64,000 bases of DNA from Alphaproteobacteria bacterium (GTDB taxonomy: Bacteria; Pseudomonadota; Alphaproteobacteria; MPNO01; UBA830), in contig OZ219791.1 of NCBI GenBank assembly GCA_964291215.2, positions 1,888,001-1,952,000 on the forward strand, given 5' to 3'. The notes beneath the pieces were generated by a model. It ran no database searches. It saw only the letters and a program-made list of their open reading frames with translations, and was not told the origin of the DNA. This document shows, piece after piece, positions 1 to 12,700 of this stretch (positions are counted from its first letter, which is position 1; each line of letters starts with the position of its first letter). The translations under genes were made by a program, and so were the position numbers.

Positions 1-2941
1 CCGTTGCCGGCCCCGTTCACCGCGCGCACCTCGAACTGGTAGGCGGTGCCGTTGGTCAGACCGCTCACCTCGTGGCTGGTGGTGCCCGCACCGGAGCCGG
101 GAATGTCCTCCCACTCGCCCCACTCGCCGCTGCCGGCCTTCCGCCGCACCTGCCACTTCGTGATGGTCGGGTTGTCCGGGTCGGTCCAGCTCAGCGTCAC
201 CGAGCCGCTGCCCGCCGCGCCGGCAAGGCCGGCCGGCTTCAACGGCGCCGCATCCTTCTCCGCCACGCTCACCACCACATCGGCGATGCTCACCGAGCCG
301 TAGCCGCCGCCCGAGGCACTGTGCGTCAGCGTCACGGCGGGGTCCGTGTTCGTGTCCGTGTCCGTGCCTGCGTTCACCGTCACCGTCTGCGGCTGGTTCC
401 AGTCGGTCCGGGTGAAGGTCAGCGCGCTCTGGTTGCCGGTCATGACGGTGTCGGTGTCCACCGTCACGTCCCCCGACATGCCCGCCACCGTTATCGTCAC
501 ATCCGATGATGGCGGCGTGTTCAGCCGCATCGTGTACGTCCTGCTGCCCCCTTCCGCCACCGTCAGCGCCGCCGTCGATACCGTCACCCCCGGCGTATCG
601 GCCACCGTCACGTCCACCGTGCCCGCATCCGGGATCGCATCCGCCGTGGCTCCCGTCAGCCGGAAGGCGTGGTTGATCACCGCCGTGCCGTTCGCCACAC
701 CGGTCACCGTCACCGTCCGCGCCGTGTTGTAGTTGCTGGTGGTAAATGTCAGGCTCGCCGGACTCACCCGCGCCGCCGCCGTGGCGTCGCTCGTCACCCG
801 CAGCGTCCCCGCAAACGCCTTCGTCAGCGCCACCGTGTAGGTCGCCGTGGAACCGGGCGCCACCGTCACCGGCGTCCCGGTCAGCGTGAGCGCCGCCGTG
901 GTGTCGTCCTTGAAGGTCACCGTACGAATGTTCGACCAGGGACCCTGAAGGTTGCCCGTTCCCCCGGCGACACCCGCCATGCGATAGCCCGTTGCCCGAA
1001 CCCGGACCTCGACCGATGCCCCGTCGGGATAGTCCAGCAGAAGCCGATTGCTGCGAGAGCCCGGGTTCTGTCTGGCACTCGCCTGGTTGAGACTGCGATC
1101 CGTCCAGGTGCTGGCCCCCTTCAGCCGGGTCTGCGCTCTCCACCAATGGAACTTGGCCGCGTCCTTCACATAGTCGTCCGCATCCGACAACTCGTTCGAG
1201 CCGCCGGCATGGGTCCAGGTCAGGTCGATCTGCCCGTTCGTCGTCGAGGTCGCCGCCGTCAGAACCGGGGCCGCCGGATCGGTCTTCGCCGTCACCTGGT
1301 CCGACCACACCGACTGCACCCCGGGACTGACCGCCGCAAACAGGCGGAACGTGTAGTCCGTGCCCTTCGTCAGCCCCGTCACCCGGACGCTCGTCCTGCT
1401 TCTGCCCGTGACCGTCGTGGTCGTGTTCCAGCCCCCCGTGCTCTTGTACTGGTAGCCCCAGCTCGTTATCGGAATGCCCGACAGGCCGCTCCAGCTCAGG
1501 GTGACCGAGGCATCGCCCCCGGCCGCCGTCAGGACCGGCTTGGGAACCGTATTCGTCGGCGTCGCCTTCACCTGGTCCGACCACACCGACTGCACACCGG
1601 GACCGACCGCGGCGAACAGCCGGAACGTGTATTCCGTCCCGATCGTCAGACCCGTCACCGTGGCGCTCGTCGTGCTGCCGCCGGTGACCGTCCGGGTCCT
1701 GATCCAGCTGCCGCCCGCGGGCTTGTACTGATAACCCCAGCTCGCAACCGTCACACCCGACAAGGCGCTCCAGCTCAGGGTGACCCTGGCGTAACCCGGT
1801 TCGGCGCTCAGCACCGGCTTGGGAACCGCCGCCGACGGCGTCGCCTCCACCACCGCCGACGCGGCGCCGTTGCCGCCGCTGTTCCGCGCCCGGATGCGGA
1901 AGCGGTACTCGCTGTCGTTGTCCAGACCCGTCACCGTGTGGGTCGTGGTGTCCGCGTCCGAACCGGAAATCGCGGTCCAGCTGCCCCAGGCGGCGCTGCC
2001 CTTCCTCTGCTGCACCCGATACCTCGTGATCGAATCGTCGTCCGGATCGGTCCACGTCAGCTTCACCTGACGGTTGCCCGCCTCCGCCGACAACCCCGTC
2101 GGCGCCGCGGGAACGGCAACGGTGGGCGTGCTGCTGCCCGTGGGCGTGGCATTGACCTGGTTTGAAACACCCTTGCCCGCACTGTTCACCGCTCGTATCT
2201 GGAAGGAATACTCCGAGCCCCCATCCAATCCACTCACCGTGTGGCTCTCCGTGCTGGCGCCGGAGCCTGGTATGGCGGTCCATTCGCCCCATGCAGCGAC
2301 TGTCTTGGTGTATCTCACTTCATAGCCGGTGATCGTGCCGGTCGGCTTGGTCCACGTCAGCAACACCTGCGCGGGGCCGCCGGGCGTCGCCGTCAGACCC
2401 GTCGGGGCGGCGAGCGTCGTGACCGCCGTCGGGGTCGCGGAAACTGTATTCGAATCCACCTGGCCATGACCGGACCAGTTATTGCTGAGAAAGAAGTCGT
2501 AGGACGTGCCAGGTGTCAACCCGGTCAGCGTGTAGCTGCCGGAGTTCGCGCTAGTCAGTGTCTTACTCTGGTAGGATCCACCGGCGGGTCTATGAGAGAG
2601 TCTTGTAACAAGGAATCCGGCTGGCGTCGGCGAAGAAGTGGTCCATGTGAGTGTCACCTGCCCCGGCCCCGGCGTGGCGGTGAGGGTAACGGTCACTTGC
2701 GCCTGCGCAGCCTGCGGCGCAAAGACGGTGGTCAGTGTGATGAGGAAGAGGGCAGCGAGTCCCGCCTTCAGGCGGCGGGCGGTTCTCCCGGGGGCGCCCA
2801 CCGGCTCAGCCCCGCGCCCTGACTCTTGAGGGGGGGGGGGGGGGGTACAACGAGTTCGGGTTCGCGCGCGCGTGAGGCGCTCACGCTCCGCCCGAAGAGC
2901 CGCAGGTCATGCATCCCGACATCGCCCGGCATCCGCGTCAT
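1..2941 (-). CDS. Large secreted fibronectin type III repeat protein (partial, runs off window start); ATG at 2941 is out of frame across a C16 tract, alternative in-frame GTG at 2801
   Basis: Minus frame appears open from ~2800 to position 1 (absent from the ORF track because it has no stop). Signal peptide RRLKAGLAALFLITLTTVFAPQAAQA followed by FN3 motifs (QVTLTW, HEVSGLTNGTAYQFEVRAVNGAG). GGAGG RBS precedes ATG 2941. Confidence 0.85.
2830..2845. repeat. G16/C16 homopolymer in the 5' coding region of the FN3 gene
   Basis: Directly visible run of 16 G. Confidence 0.95.
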
Positions 2942-3753
2942 GACCCCATCCTCCCGTGTCGAATTCCAAACCTGCGCCGCAGCCGCACGGCCGCAACAAT
3001 TCCATCATAACAATCCATAACCCGTCCGCAGGCCGGTTTCAAGGCGCGCCGCGCCCGATACACGGCGATCCCACGCCAGGTTTGTTGGAAGGGTCGGTTT
3101 CGCTTGTTCAAGATGATTCGCATTTTCGCTGGCTTTTTGTGAAGCGGCGTAGTATCCGTTGTCGTGGAGGCAGCGGATTTTTTTGAGACGACTCTGGAGG
3201 GTTTTGCGCTCCGGGATGTGGTTGTGCGCCTTGCGCGGCCTGGTGCCGCTGGAATCGTGTCGTTGACCGTATCTTGGTTTCAAGCAGCTTGCCGGTCGAT
3301 GTCTGCGTGTTCACCTGGCGCGGGCGGTGGATTGGCGCTGCGGGCTGGCAGACGGGCGCCCTCGGCTGCGCACCCGTTGGATTGGCTGGCGCCGCGAGGA
3401 ACAGTTCAGGCGGTTGCCGGGAACAACACGAGGTTTGTTGTTCCTGGTGGTCGTTTCCGGGCCTTGCCTCGTTTGCGTTGTCGCGGATGGTGCGGCGGCG
3501 ACCGGGAGGCTGCCGTTGCTTGTTGCGGAGAAGTTTGTCTCGCCGACGAAGTTCAGCGGCACCATGTACAAGGCGGCGAACCGGGAGTGCGCTGGCAGGA
3601 GCCATGCGCGCGCTAGCGGGCGCCGACCGGGGAGGCGAAGGATCCTTACGTATTTCCGCTGCGTCGTGACGTCGGTTGCAGGATCGTTCGCCGCTTCCTG
3701 CGGCGTGGGAGTTGCGGGCGCCGCTGGTCGGCGCAGGAGTTGCGCTCGATTTA

Positions 3754-3850
3754 TCAGCGGCGCTTTCCGGCGCGCGCAGGGGCATCGCCGGTGCGCAGAA
3801 TGTGCTGCGTCGTCTCAGCGCCGCTTTCCGGCGCGCGCAGGGGCATCGCC
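3754..3850 (+). repeat. Local direct duplication (~35 bp unit, ~60 bp period)
   Basis: tcagcg(g/c)cgctttccggcgcgcgcaggggcatcgcc occurs twice. Confidence 0.85.
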
Positions 3851-4429
3851 TCGGTACTGTGCGTGATGGCGCGGCTTGCGAACCGGCGCGGTTGCGGCGG
3901 CGCACTACGACGCAGAAGGAGCTGGAGCAGCGTGGAAGAACAGGGACAAGCCGACCTCCAGATCGACCGTGCACCGGGTGCTGCAGAACACCGACCCGGG
4001 ATGGATCGAGGATGCGGCGCGCAGCCGCAGGTCGGCAACGCGGTCGACGGCAAGCGCATCCGCGGCCGCACCGGCGAGGATCATTACGAGACAGTCTCGC
4101 TGGCACGGGACCGGTATGCCGGTATTCGATCCTCAACTATCACGACGGGGAGATCGCTGCCGTCCACGCCGCGACGGCCGTCTGCTCACCCTCGACGCGC
4201 TCCACACCACCCGCGAGGCTGATCATCGAGACCCATCGCGCGGACTGATGGTCAAGGGCAACGCACCTTCGAGAGAGCATCAACTGGAAGACCGCCAGCG
4301 CTACAACGAAAAGCCCGCGCATGGCCGCCAGCGCACCATCTTCACCCCGCTGGCGAAGATGATCAACTAGCAGATCTTCCGCGTCACCCGGCGCGTCGAA
4401 TTCAAGAAATCCAGAAAACCGAATACGCC

Positions 4430-6940
4430 ATATGACCAGGTTTTGTCCCCTTGATGATGAAATCATCCACAGCAGTTGGGGGCGGGAAAATGTGGATCTG
4501 TGGGAGAGCGTCCGGTTTATGGTTGCAGAGAGATTCCGCTCCCCTGAGCGAACACGCACAAGGGATCAAACGATCTCCGCGAAGGTTGCCGTTTTGACCT
4601 TGACAGAGCCGCGTCCGAGTTTGGCAACCTCCCTTGACGTCCCTCGCTGGATGCCTGGGTTTGAACCCGTATTATCACAAGGCGAGGAGCAAGGGACGAT
4701 GGTCAAGGTAGTAGCAGGGGTCAGCCAGTCTGGACATCTGGCGCATTGTTTTGCGAACGACGCCACGGGCAGGTGGCTTCGCGGCCTCGGGGTGAGCCGG
4801 GTGGTGGGCGACAGGCCGCTATCACCGCAAGGTTCACCAGTGTCTTCATGACCGGGGCTTCGAGGTTATTCTCGTCAACCCGTTGCGGGCGCTTCGCCGA
4901 GGCGATGGGCCAACCGCGTCGACGCCAAGATCGGCTGGGCGATCTTGAGCCTGTGGCTCCGCCTTCCTCAAGAGCCTGGAGGATCTCTTGGTGCCGCGCT
5001 TGTCGACGCCAAGCAGGTGGCAGATGAGGTGGATGGCGAGACCGTCACAAGGGCCTCGGCGGCCGATCTCGATGATTGCATTGCCGGCGCGGCGATCAAA
5101 GCGGTGATCACCGGTGATCCCGAGCAGAGGTACGCCATCCTGACCTCGATCCGGTGACCGCCGCGGCCCTTCTGGATGCCCGAACTCGGCAGCGTCGGCA
5201 GCCTTGATCGGGGTGGCGCCAACGACCACGGTGCTCGGCACATCCGTGGCGGGCACCGAAGGCCACGTGATCTCCTGTTCATGGCCGCAACCGGCACGCT
5301 TCAACGCGGACCTAGTGTCTTGTCATTCGTCAAATGTCGAATAAAGGCGTTTGAGTTTCACGCGGGCATCGTCGGTGGTGAACTGCCAATCCACCTTGGC
5401 CTGAATGCGGTCGCCTGCCAGGCGGCGACTTCCCGGCGTAGCACCTCGATGCAGTCGATGCGGCGGTTCAGGCGGATCATGACGTTGAGTTCGACCACGT
5501 TCAGCCAACTGCCGTGCTTGGGGGTGTAGACGAACTCGAAGCGGTCCCACAGGGCCTTGGCCTCGTCCGGCGGGTAGGCCTCGTAGAGGGCGCCGGGGAG
5601 TGTTGAGATTGTCCATCACCAGGGTGATGGTGGTGGCATCTTGGTAGCGCCCGGCGATGTCGGCCAGGAACTGCGCCCAATCGATCTTGCGCTCGGTTAC
5701 CTTGGTCATGCGCTTGCCGGCCAGGGGTTCCGTGGCCATGAAGAAGTTGCAGGTACCGCAACGTCGATACTCGTAGTCGTTACGCCCGTCCCGGCGCCAT
5801 GGCGATCGGTTGCCGTGTCTCGCCGGTCGGGGCGTTTCGTCCATGCAGACCACGGGGAAGGCGGCGGGGCGGCGATAGACATCGAGTACCTTCTCCATCG
5901 CTGCGGCGAAGTCGGCGTTCCCTTGAGGAGGAATCACCCACCCAACCCGCTGCCATGGCTTGAGGCAGTTTTTTTTAGAACACGTCGCACCGTCTCGTGT
6001 GACACGGTGTAACCAAGCTCGACAACGCGGTCGGCCAGCAGCTGCAACGACCATTGCGCGTAACCCTCAGGCGGTTCACCACAACTCAGAGCCACCAAGC
6101 GCGCCTCGAAGACGCCGTCGGCTTTTCGCATATAGGTAGGACGGCGTCCTTGCCGGCCACCCAATGCCGCCTCCAGCCCCTCGAAACGCTTCTTTACTCG
6201 GTCTACTTTGCACATGCTGATGCGCAGAATCTCAGCAATGACCTTCCCGGTCATCTGGCATTCATTGAACGCGCTCTCGTCGCAGTTAAGCAGGATCAGG
6301 GCGTTGATTACCTTTTGCGACAGGTGCGAGCCCTTGGTCGTGATCTCCGAAAGTTCTGCCCGTTCGTCCAGGGTCACCACGTAGCGTTTCATACTCCGAC
6401 CTCCATCCCGAATGGACGGACAGTCTAGCACCAAATGTACGACATATCATTGCTGACATAACACTAGTGTTCGAGCGCCTCAAGACTGCCGGCAAGGCCC
6501 ACAAAGTCGCGATTGTCGCCGTGATGCGCAAGCTCTGGCGAACACCTTGCTGCGACAGCAGCGTTGCCTGAAGCACCGGCACGGTGAGTGAGCGAAGGAG
6601 ACACCCTCATGGCCCTCACCCCTGCCGAGAGCGCGATCGGGACTGTCTCGACAGTCTCCCTCTACGACACGACTTGGGGAGAATGTCTGCAGATCATCGT
6701 CGAGGTCGACATCAAGGAGATCGAACCGCCTTGGGACACCTGGAACCCGGACGGTCACGTTACCATGCCCGGGGACGGCAAGGTAGCCGCGTTCACGTGA
6801 CCAATGGACGGCAACCCGCCGCCGGGACCACAAGCTTCATGTCGCCTCGCTCGCAGAGCAAACCCCACACCGCTTGTGGACAACCACAGAAAACATCACC
6901 ACAGACACCCGCAAAAACCTTGCCAAGAAACATGGATGCT
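4430..6940 (+). mobile_element. Degenerate IS110-family element, copy 1
   Basis: Homologous to 24837-26461; fragments MVKVVAGVS, ARHIRGG..RPRDLLFMAA, KVAIVAVMRKL. Confidence 0.8.
5313..6466 (-). mobile_element. Degenerate IS630-family element
   Basis: MKRYVVTL..., VVCMDE, LVMDNLNT, KVDWQFTTDDARVKLKRLY; IRs tagtgtcttgtca / tgacataacacta; inserted at CTAG with TA duplication. Confidence 0.9.
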
Positions 6941-7496
6941 CGGTCGAACGCGCCTCGCCGCAACAGTTGCTCGCATGGAATCGCGGACACCGGGTAGTCG
7001 AGAGCCATCATCATGTCCGCGACGCCACCTTCCGCGAAGACGACTCCATGCTCCGAACGCGCCCGCAAACAACGCGATCACCCTCGCAATCATCATCCAC
7101 AACAAGCGCAAGCTGCGCAAACCCTTCAACAGCTTCCCACCATGCCGACAAGCGCAAGCAGGTCCTGCACGCAATCACAAGACCAGGCTGACCGCGCCTC
7201 TCTGCCCGACAGAAACCGCAAGCTTTCGAGCCCGGCAACCAAACCCGGCAGGCCTCTCGCTCGCCCCGGATACGCCGACCAATCGCGCCCCGCGCCGCAA
7301 CAGCGCGTCAGCAAATCTCAAAATCGCAGTCTCGAACGCGTCGACCCGCGCCGCGATCAGGACTCCGATCACATCACATCAACAAGCATGGAATCACCTT
7401 GCCGTGGGGTGCCTGCGGCAATCTGGACATGGCAGGCCATCCCGACTAACGTTGGTGTCGGACCCGCTGCCGGGCGCCCTCCAACAGGAGATCGTC

Positions 7497-8318
7497 ATGA
7501 GCGAAATCACAAAGACCTATGTGGAAGGGACGCCTCGCCTCGCGGTGGATCATGCCGGAAGCGGTCCAATGGTCCTGTTCATGCATGGCATCGGCGGCAA
7601 CCGCTCGAACTGGTCCGATCAGATCGAGGCATGCAGTGCTTCTTTCCGTGCCGTGGCATGGGATGCTCGCGGTTACGGCGACTCTGACGATTACGAGGGC
7701 CCCCTGGACTTCGGAGACTTTGCCCGGGACGTGGTCAGGGTTCTCGATCATTTCGGATCGCAAAGGGCTCATCTCGTCGGCCTCTCGATGGGAGGCCGCA
7801 TTGCCCAGGATTTTTACGCGCGATTTCCCGACCGTGTCGCGACGCTCGTGCTGTGCGACACCATGTCCGATTTCACCTCGACGCTGAGCCCCGAAAAGCG
7901 GGCCGAATTCGTGCGCCTGAGGCAGGAGCCGCTGCTCGCCGGCAAGGAGCCCAAGGACATAGCGGACGACCTGGTCGCCAGCCTCATCGGGCCGAATGCC
8001 GGCGAAGCGGTGCGGCTGCGCCTCGGCAGGAGTATTGCCATGCTCCACAAGGAGTCCTATCTGAAGACGATAGAGGCGTCGCTCGCTTTTGACCGTTCGG
8101 CGGAAGTTGAGAAGATCGCTGTGCCGACGCTTCTGCTGTATGGAGAACATGACCGACTTACGCCTCCGGATGTTGGCCGCGCCCTTGCCGACCGGATTGC
8201 GGGATCGCGATTTGTCATGATCGAGAATGTCGGCCATCTGGCGAACATGGAACAGCCGCAGGCCTTCAACGCGGCGTTGCTCGCTTTCCTGGAGGAGCAC
8301 GGTGAACAGGCGGCCTGA
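7497..8318 (+). CDS. Alpha/beta fold hydrolase
   Basis: HGIGG oxyanion loop, DARGYG, GLSMGG nucleophile elbow, GEHD, GH; RBS caggag before ATG 7497. Confidence 0.9.
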   Translation: MSEITKTYVEGTPRLAVDHAGSGPMVLFMHGIGGNRSNWSDQIEACSASFRAVAWDARGYGDSDDYEGPLDFGDFARDVVRVLDHFGSQRAHLVGLSMGGRIAQDFYARFPDRVATLVLCDTMSDFTSTLSPEKRAEFVRLRQEPLLAGKEPKDIADDLVASLIGPNAGEAVRLRLGRSIAMLHKESYLKTIEASLAFDRSAEVEKIAVPTLLLYGEHDRLTPPDVGRALADRIAGSRFVMIENVGHLANMEQPQAFNAALLAFLEEHGEQAA

Positions 8319-8566
8319 CTGAGCCGGCGTCAATCAAGGGGCTCGCCGCGACCCGCGCATTGTTCGCGCCCGCAGGGGCAGTTGCCCGGATCGGGTTGCG
8401 TCGTGCGCCCGGTCCTTGGCGGCAGCAGGGACGGTTCCGGCACCGGATGCGCGTTCGTCGGGCCGGTGCCCTGGCGCCGGATGGCGGAGAGATTCCGTGA
8501 AAGACATAGAGAAATTGCCAACCCATCGGAGCCTGGGCAGGCAGGTGCGGAATCGGTCCGGAAACG

Positions 8567-9703
8567 ATGGCTGAAGACTCGTCAGCGGCTCCATCGGACC
8601 GCGGTGCACGGCGCCGGGTCGGGTCGGTCGTGGTCGCGACGCTGCTTGCTGCCGGTGCTCTCGTGTGGCTTGCCTCCGGGCAGTTCGGCGACACCGGAGT
8701 CGGGACCGTCGGCATCGGGTCCCCGGCTGCCGGTCCCGCAAAAGAAAAACCGCTCGCTTCCGTGCGGGTTCGCCAGGTCTTCGCTATCCTTCACCAGCGG
8801 CAGATTCTGATCACCGGACGGACGCAGGAATCCCGGCACGTGACCATCCGGGCAGAGACCCCCGGTCCATTGGTCGAAATGCGCGTGCCACAGGGCGGCG
8901 CCGTCCGGAAGGGACAGATCATCGCGCGGCAGGATGTGCAGGACCGTCCGATGCGTTTCACAGAAGTCAGCTCGCTGGTTCGCCAGCGAGAGAGCGAATT
9001 CAAAGCGGCGCGCAGTCTCGGCGTGAAGGGTTTCCGGTCCGAGATCAAGATTGCCGAAGCGCGCGTCAAGCTTGAGACGGCCAAGGCGCAGGCGGAGGCC
9101 ATCCGCATTGATCTCGAGAGGACCGTGATCCGTGCGCCGTTTGCTGGCATTCTGGAAGAACTATGGGTTGATCTCGGGAGCTACGTCAAGGTCGGCGACA
9201 GGATCGGCTTTGTGATCGATCTCGATCCGATCCTGGCTGTCGGTTTCGTTTCGGAACGGCAGGTCTCGAAAATTCGTCCCGGCATGGCCGGAACCGTGCA
9301 CCCGGTTGGGAGCGCAGCGGCATCCGGAACGATCCGGTTCATAGGCAGCGTGGCGGATCCGGCTACCCGGTCTTTCAGGGTCGAAATGGAGGTTCCGAAT
9401 CCCGAGACAAGGGTCAAGGCGGGAGTTACTGTCGAGATGCGGCTGCCGCTGCCGCAAACGAGATCCTACATGATCTCGCCGGCAGTTCTGACCCTGGCCG
9501 ACGACGGCCGGATGGGCGTCCGCATCGTCGGAAGCGGCGACATTGTCAAGTTCGTTCCGGTCAGTATCCTCCGTGATTCGGCGGAGGGAGTCTGGGTATC
9601 CGGCCTCGCCGACGGGATGAGGCTCATTACGGTAGGCCATGAGTTCGTGAAGGCAGGTCAGAAGGTCCGTCCCGTTTCCGAGTCCGAGGAAACGGCGTCA
9701 TGA
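8567..9703 (+). CDS. RND efflux periplasmic adaptor (membrane fusion protein)
   Basis: N-terminal TM segment, IRAPFAG, ADPATRSF; overlaps the start of the RND permease. Confidence 0.9.
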   Translation: MAEDSSAAPSDRGARRRVGSVVVATLLAAGALVWLASGQFGDTGVGTVGIGSPAAGPAKEKPLASVRVRQVFAILHQRQILITGRTQESRHVTIRAETPGPLVEMRVPQGGAVRKGQIIARQDVQDRPMRFTEVSSLVRQRESEFKAARSLGVKGFRSEIKIAEARVKLETAKAQAEAIRIDLERTVIRAPFAGILEELWVDLGSYVKVGDRIGFVIDLDPILAVGFVSERQVSKIRPGMAGTVHPVGSAAASGTIRFIGSVADPATRSFRVEMEVPNPETRVKAGVTVEMRLPLPQTRSYMISPAVLTLADDGRMGVRIVGSGDIVKFVPVSILRDSAEGVWVSGLADGMRLITVGHEFVKAGQKVRPVSESEETAS

Positions 9704-12700
9704 GCCTGATCGACGCCGCGTTCTCGCGTTCCCGCACCGTGCTGTCGCTGCTTGCTTTGGTGCTGATCGCGGGCTTGTTCGCCTATGTCAACATAGCGAA
9801 GGAGGCACAGCCGGACATCGCCATTCCCAATATCTACGTTTCCATGATTCTCAAGGGGATCTCTCCCGAAGACGCCGACCGCTTGCTTGTTCGACCGATG
9901 GACAGTGAATTGCGGTCCATTGAGGGCGTGAAGGAGATTAGGTCCAACGCTTTTCAGGGCGGAGCGACGATTCTCCTGGAGTTCGAGGCCGGATTCGATG
10001 CTGACAAGGCCATCGTCGACGTGCGCGAGAGGGTGGACGCCGCTCAGTCCGGCCTGCCGGACGAAGCCGACAGGCCGGAGGTGATCGAAATCAATCTGAG
10101 CCTTTTGCCGGTCGTCGTCATAACGCTGGGAGGCGAGTTTCCGGAACGGACGATGCTGAGGCTGGCGCGGAACCTGAAGGAGAGGATAGAGGACATCTCC
10201 AATGTGCTTGAGGCCAGCGTGGGCGGCGACCGGAAGGAGCGCGTGGAAATCATCATCGATCCCCTGATGCTCGAATCCTACGCCATCAATCCTGCGGAGG
10301 TCCTAAGCATCGTTCGCCGTTCCAACCGGTTCGTGGCCGCCGGCTCGCTCGAATCCGACAGTGGCAGCTTTGCGGTGAAGGTTCCCGGTCCGTTCGAATC
10401 GTTCCGCGATGTCTGGGGGATTCCGCTCAAGGCCAGCGGCGATTCGGTCGTCACGGTCGGCGACATAGCGTCTGTCAGACGTACCTTTGACGACCGCAGG
10501 ACCTATGCCCGGCTCAACGGCAGGTCCGCGATCTCTCTCGAAGTCAAGAAGCGGGCGGGAGAGAACATCATCGACACCGTAGAGGCCGTCAAGGCGGTCG
10601 TCGCCGAGGAAAGCGCGCGTTGGCCCGAGGGGGTCGAGGTCGAGTTTTCCAATGACGAATCGCACTTCATCCGCATCATGCTGACCGATCTGCAGAACAA
10701 TGTTCTGGCGGCCGTGCTGCTGGTGATGATCATCGTCGCAGGCACCCTTGGCCTGCGGACCGGTCTGCTCGTCGGCATAGCGATCCCGGGGTCGTTCCTG
10801 GCCGGCGTGCTGGTGCTGGCGGCGCTCGGCCTCACGGTCAACATGGTGGTCCTGTTTTCGCTCATTCTCTCCGTTGGCCTGCTCGTCGACGGAGCCATTG
10901 TCGTTACCGAGTATGCCGACCGCAAGATGATCGAAACCGCGTCCCAGTGCGCAGTGGGTCTCCAGGAATCCCGCAGGCTGGCCTACGCCGCCGCGGCCAG
11001 GCGCATGGCCTGGCCCATCATCGCCTCGACCGCGACGACGCTGGCGGCGTTTCTCCCGCTTCTGTTCTGGCCGGGGGTCATCGGCGAGTTCATGCGCTTC
11101 CTGCCGATCACGCTGATAGCGGTTCTTTCGGCGTCGCTCGCGATGGCGCTGATCTTCGTACCGACACTCGGCGCGCAGGTCGGCATGCCCGGCACCAGCA
11201 GCCGTCGCGCGATCAACCAGATGATCGCCATGGAAACCGGCTCCGTTCGTGACGTAAAGGGCTGGACAGGGATCTATGTCCGGCTCCTCGAACACGTTCT
11301 TCGCCATCCCGCCAAGGTGGCGCTGCTCGCCCTGTGCTGCCTGATAGCGGCCTGGACGCTTTATGCAAATTTCGGTCGCGGATTCGAGTTCTTCCCCAAG
11401 ATCGAGCCCGATCGTGCGGTGCTAAAGATATTCGCGCGCGGCAACATGTCCGTGGATGCCAAGGCCGGGCTGGTCAGAGACGTCGAACGCCAGATACTCG
11501 ATCTTCAGCGCGAGCGCGGGGAACTGAAGTCGATCTATATTCTGTCTGGACACATGTCGCGACAATCCGATACCCCCGCGGATCTGATCGGCACCGTCAA
11601 TCTCGAACTCGCGGACTGGAGGACGCGCCGCAAGGCCGACGAGATTCTCGCGGATATCGTGCAACGCTCACGACAGTTCGCGGGTATACGCGTCGAGACC
11701 GTGAAGGAAGAGGCGGGTCCGCCCGTGGGCAAGCCGATCAACATGCTCGTGAGTTCCCGCAAGCCCGAACTCCTTGCTCCCGCCGTTGCCCGGATCAGGT
11801 CCCGTCTGGAGAATATCGGCGGCCTCAAGGACATCGAAGATGACCGTCGGATCCCGGGAATAGAATGGGAGTTGAGCGTCGACCGGTCCCAGGCGTTCAA
11901 GTTCGGTGCCGATGTCGCGCTGATCGGTGAGGTCATCCGGCTTGTTACCAGCGGTTTCAAGGTGGCCGACTACCGGCCCGACGATGCCGACGACGAGGTC
12001 GAGATTGTCGTCCGCTATCCAGAAGCTCACCGTACGCTGGACCAGCTGGACAATATCCGCGTGCAGACATCGAAGGGACTGATCACGGTCAGCAATTTTC
12101 TGACCCGGGCGCCGCGTCCGAAGACCGGTGACGTGAAGCGGATCGACAGCCGGTTGTCGATGTCAGTTAAGGCGGACGTGCTTCCCGGCGTTCTTGCGGA
12201 CGACAAGGTTCGCGAGATCAGGGCGTGGATCGAGAACGAGGCATCGCTCGGCGACGAGATCGATATCACTTTCAAGGGAGAGGACAGGGAGCAAAAGGAA
12301 GCCGCCGCCTTCCTGCAGCGGGCCTTTGCGGTCGCGCTGTTTCTCATGGCGATAATCCTCGTGACCCAGTTCAACCGCTTCTATTCCGCGTTTCTCATCC
12401 TTTCCGCGGTGGTCATGTCGACCTCGGGCGTCATGCTGGGCCTGCTGATCATCGCCCAGCCGTTCAGCGTGGTGATGAGCGGAATCGGCGTCATTGCGCT
12501 TGCCGGAATCGTCGTCAACAACAACATCGTTCTGATCGACACGTTCGACCGCTTGGCAAAGACCGCATCGACGCCGACCGAGGCGATCCTGCGCACGGGT
12601 ACCCAGCGCTTGCGGCCGGTATTGCTCACTACCGCAACGACTATCCTCGGGTTGACGCCGATGGTTACGGCCGTGAACATCGATTTCATCACCCGCGAGA

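Larger units (their letters stand above)
3089..7401 (+). mobile_element. Degenerate ISAs1-family element with N-terminal DUF4338 domain, interrupted by IS110 (itself carrying IS630)
   Basis: Fragments GNNTRFVVPG and EKFVSPTKFSGTMYKAAN (DUF4338-like); AVDGKRIRG, LLTLDALHT, MVKGNAP and (6941-7190) NRGH.VESHHHVRDATFRED (ISAs1 DDE). Imperfect IRs near 3089 and 7401; ends approximate. Confidence 0.75.

Noticed and set aside
46-2829. Plus-strand ORFs such as 669-2165 (498 aa)
   Set aside because: Antisense shadows of the minus-strand FN3 gene; Arg/His-rich with no motifs.
5969-5978. A-run at the IS630 orfA/orfB junction (also ~52027-52036)
   Set aside because: Matches the known programmed frameshift site of IS630 elements; not novel.
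6804-7496. N-terminal extensions in the ORF track (504-aa hydrolase, 557-aa threonine synthase-like, 890-aa Mo subunit)
   Set aside because: Upstream open-frame artefacts; RBS positions, gene overlaps and family N-termini place the starts at 7497, 47491 and 60499.
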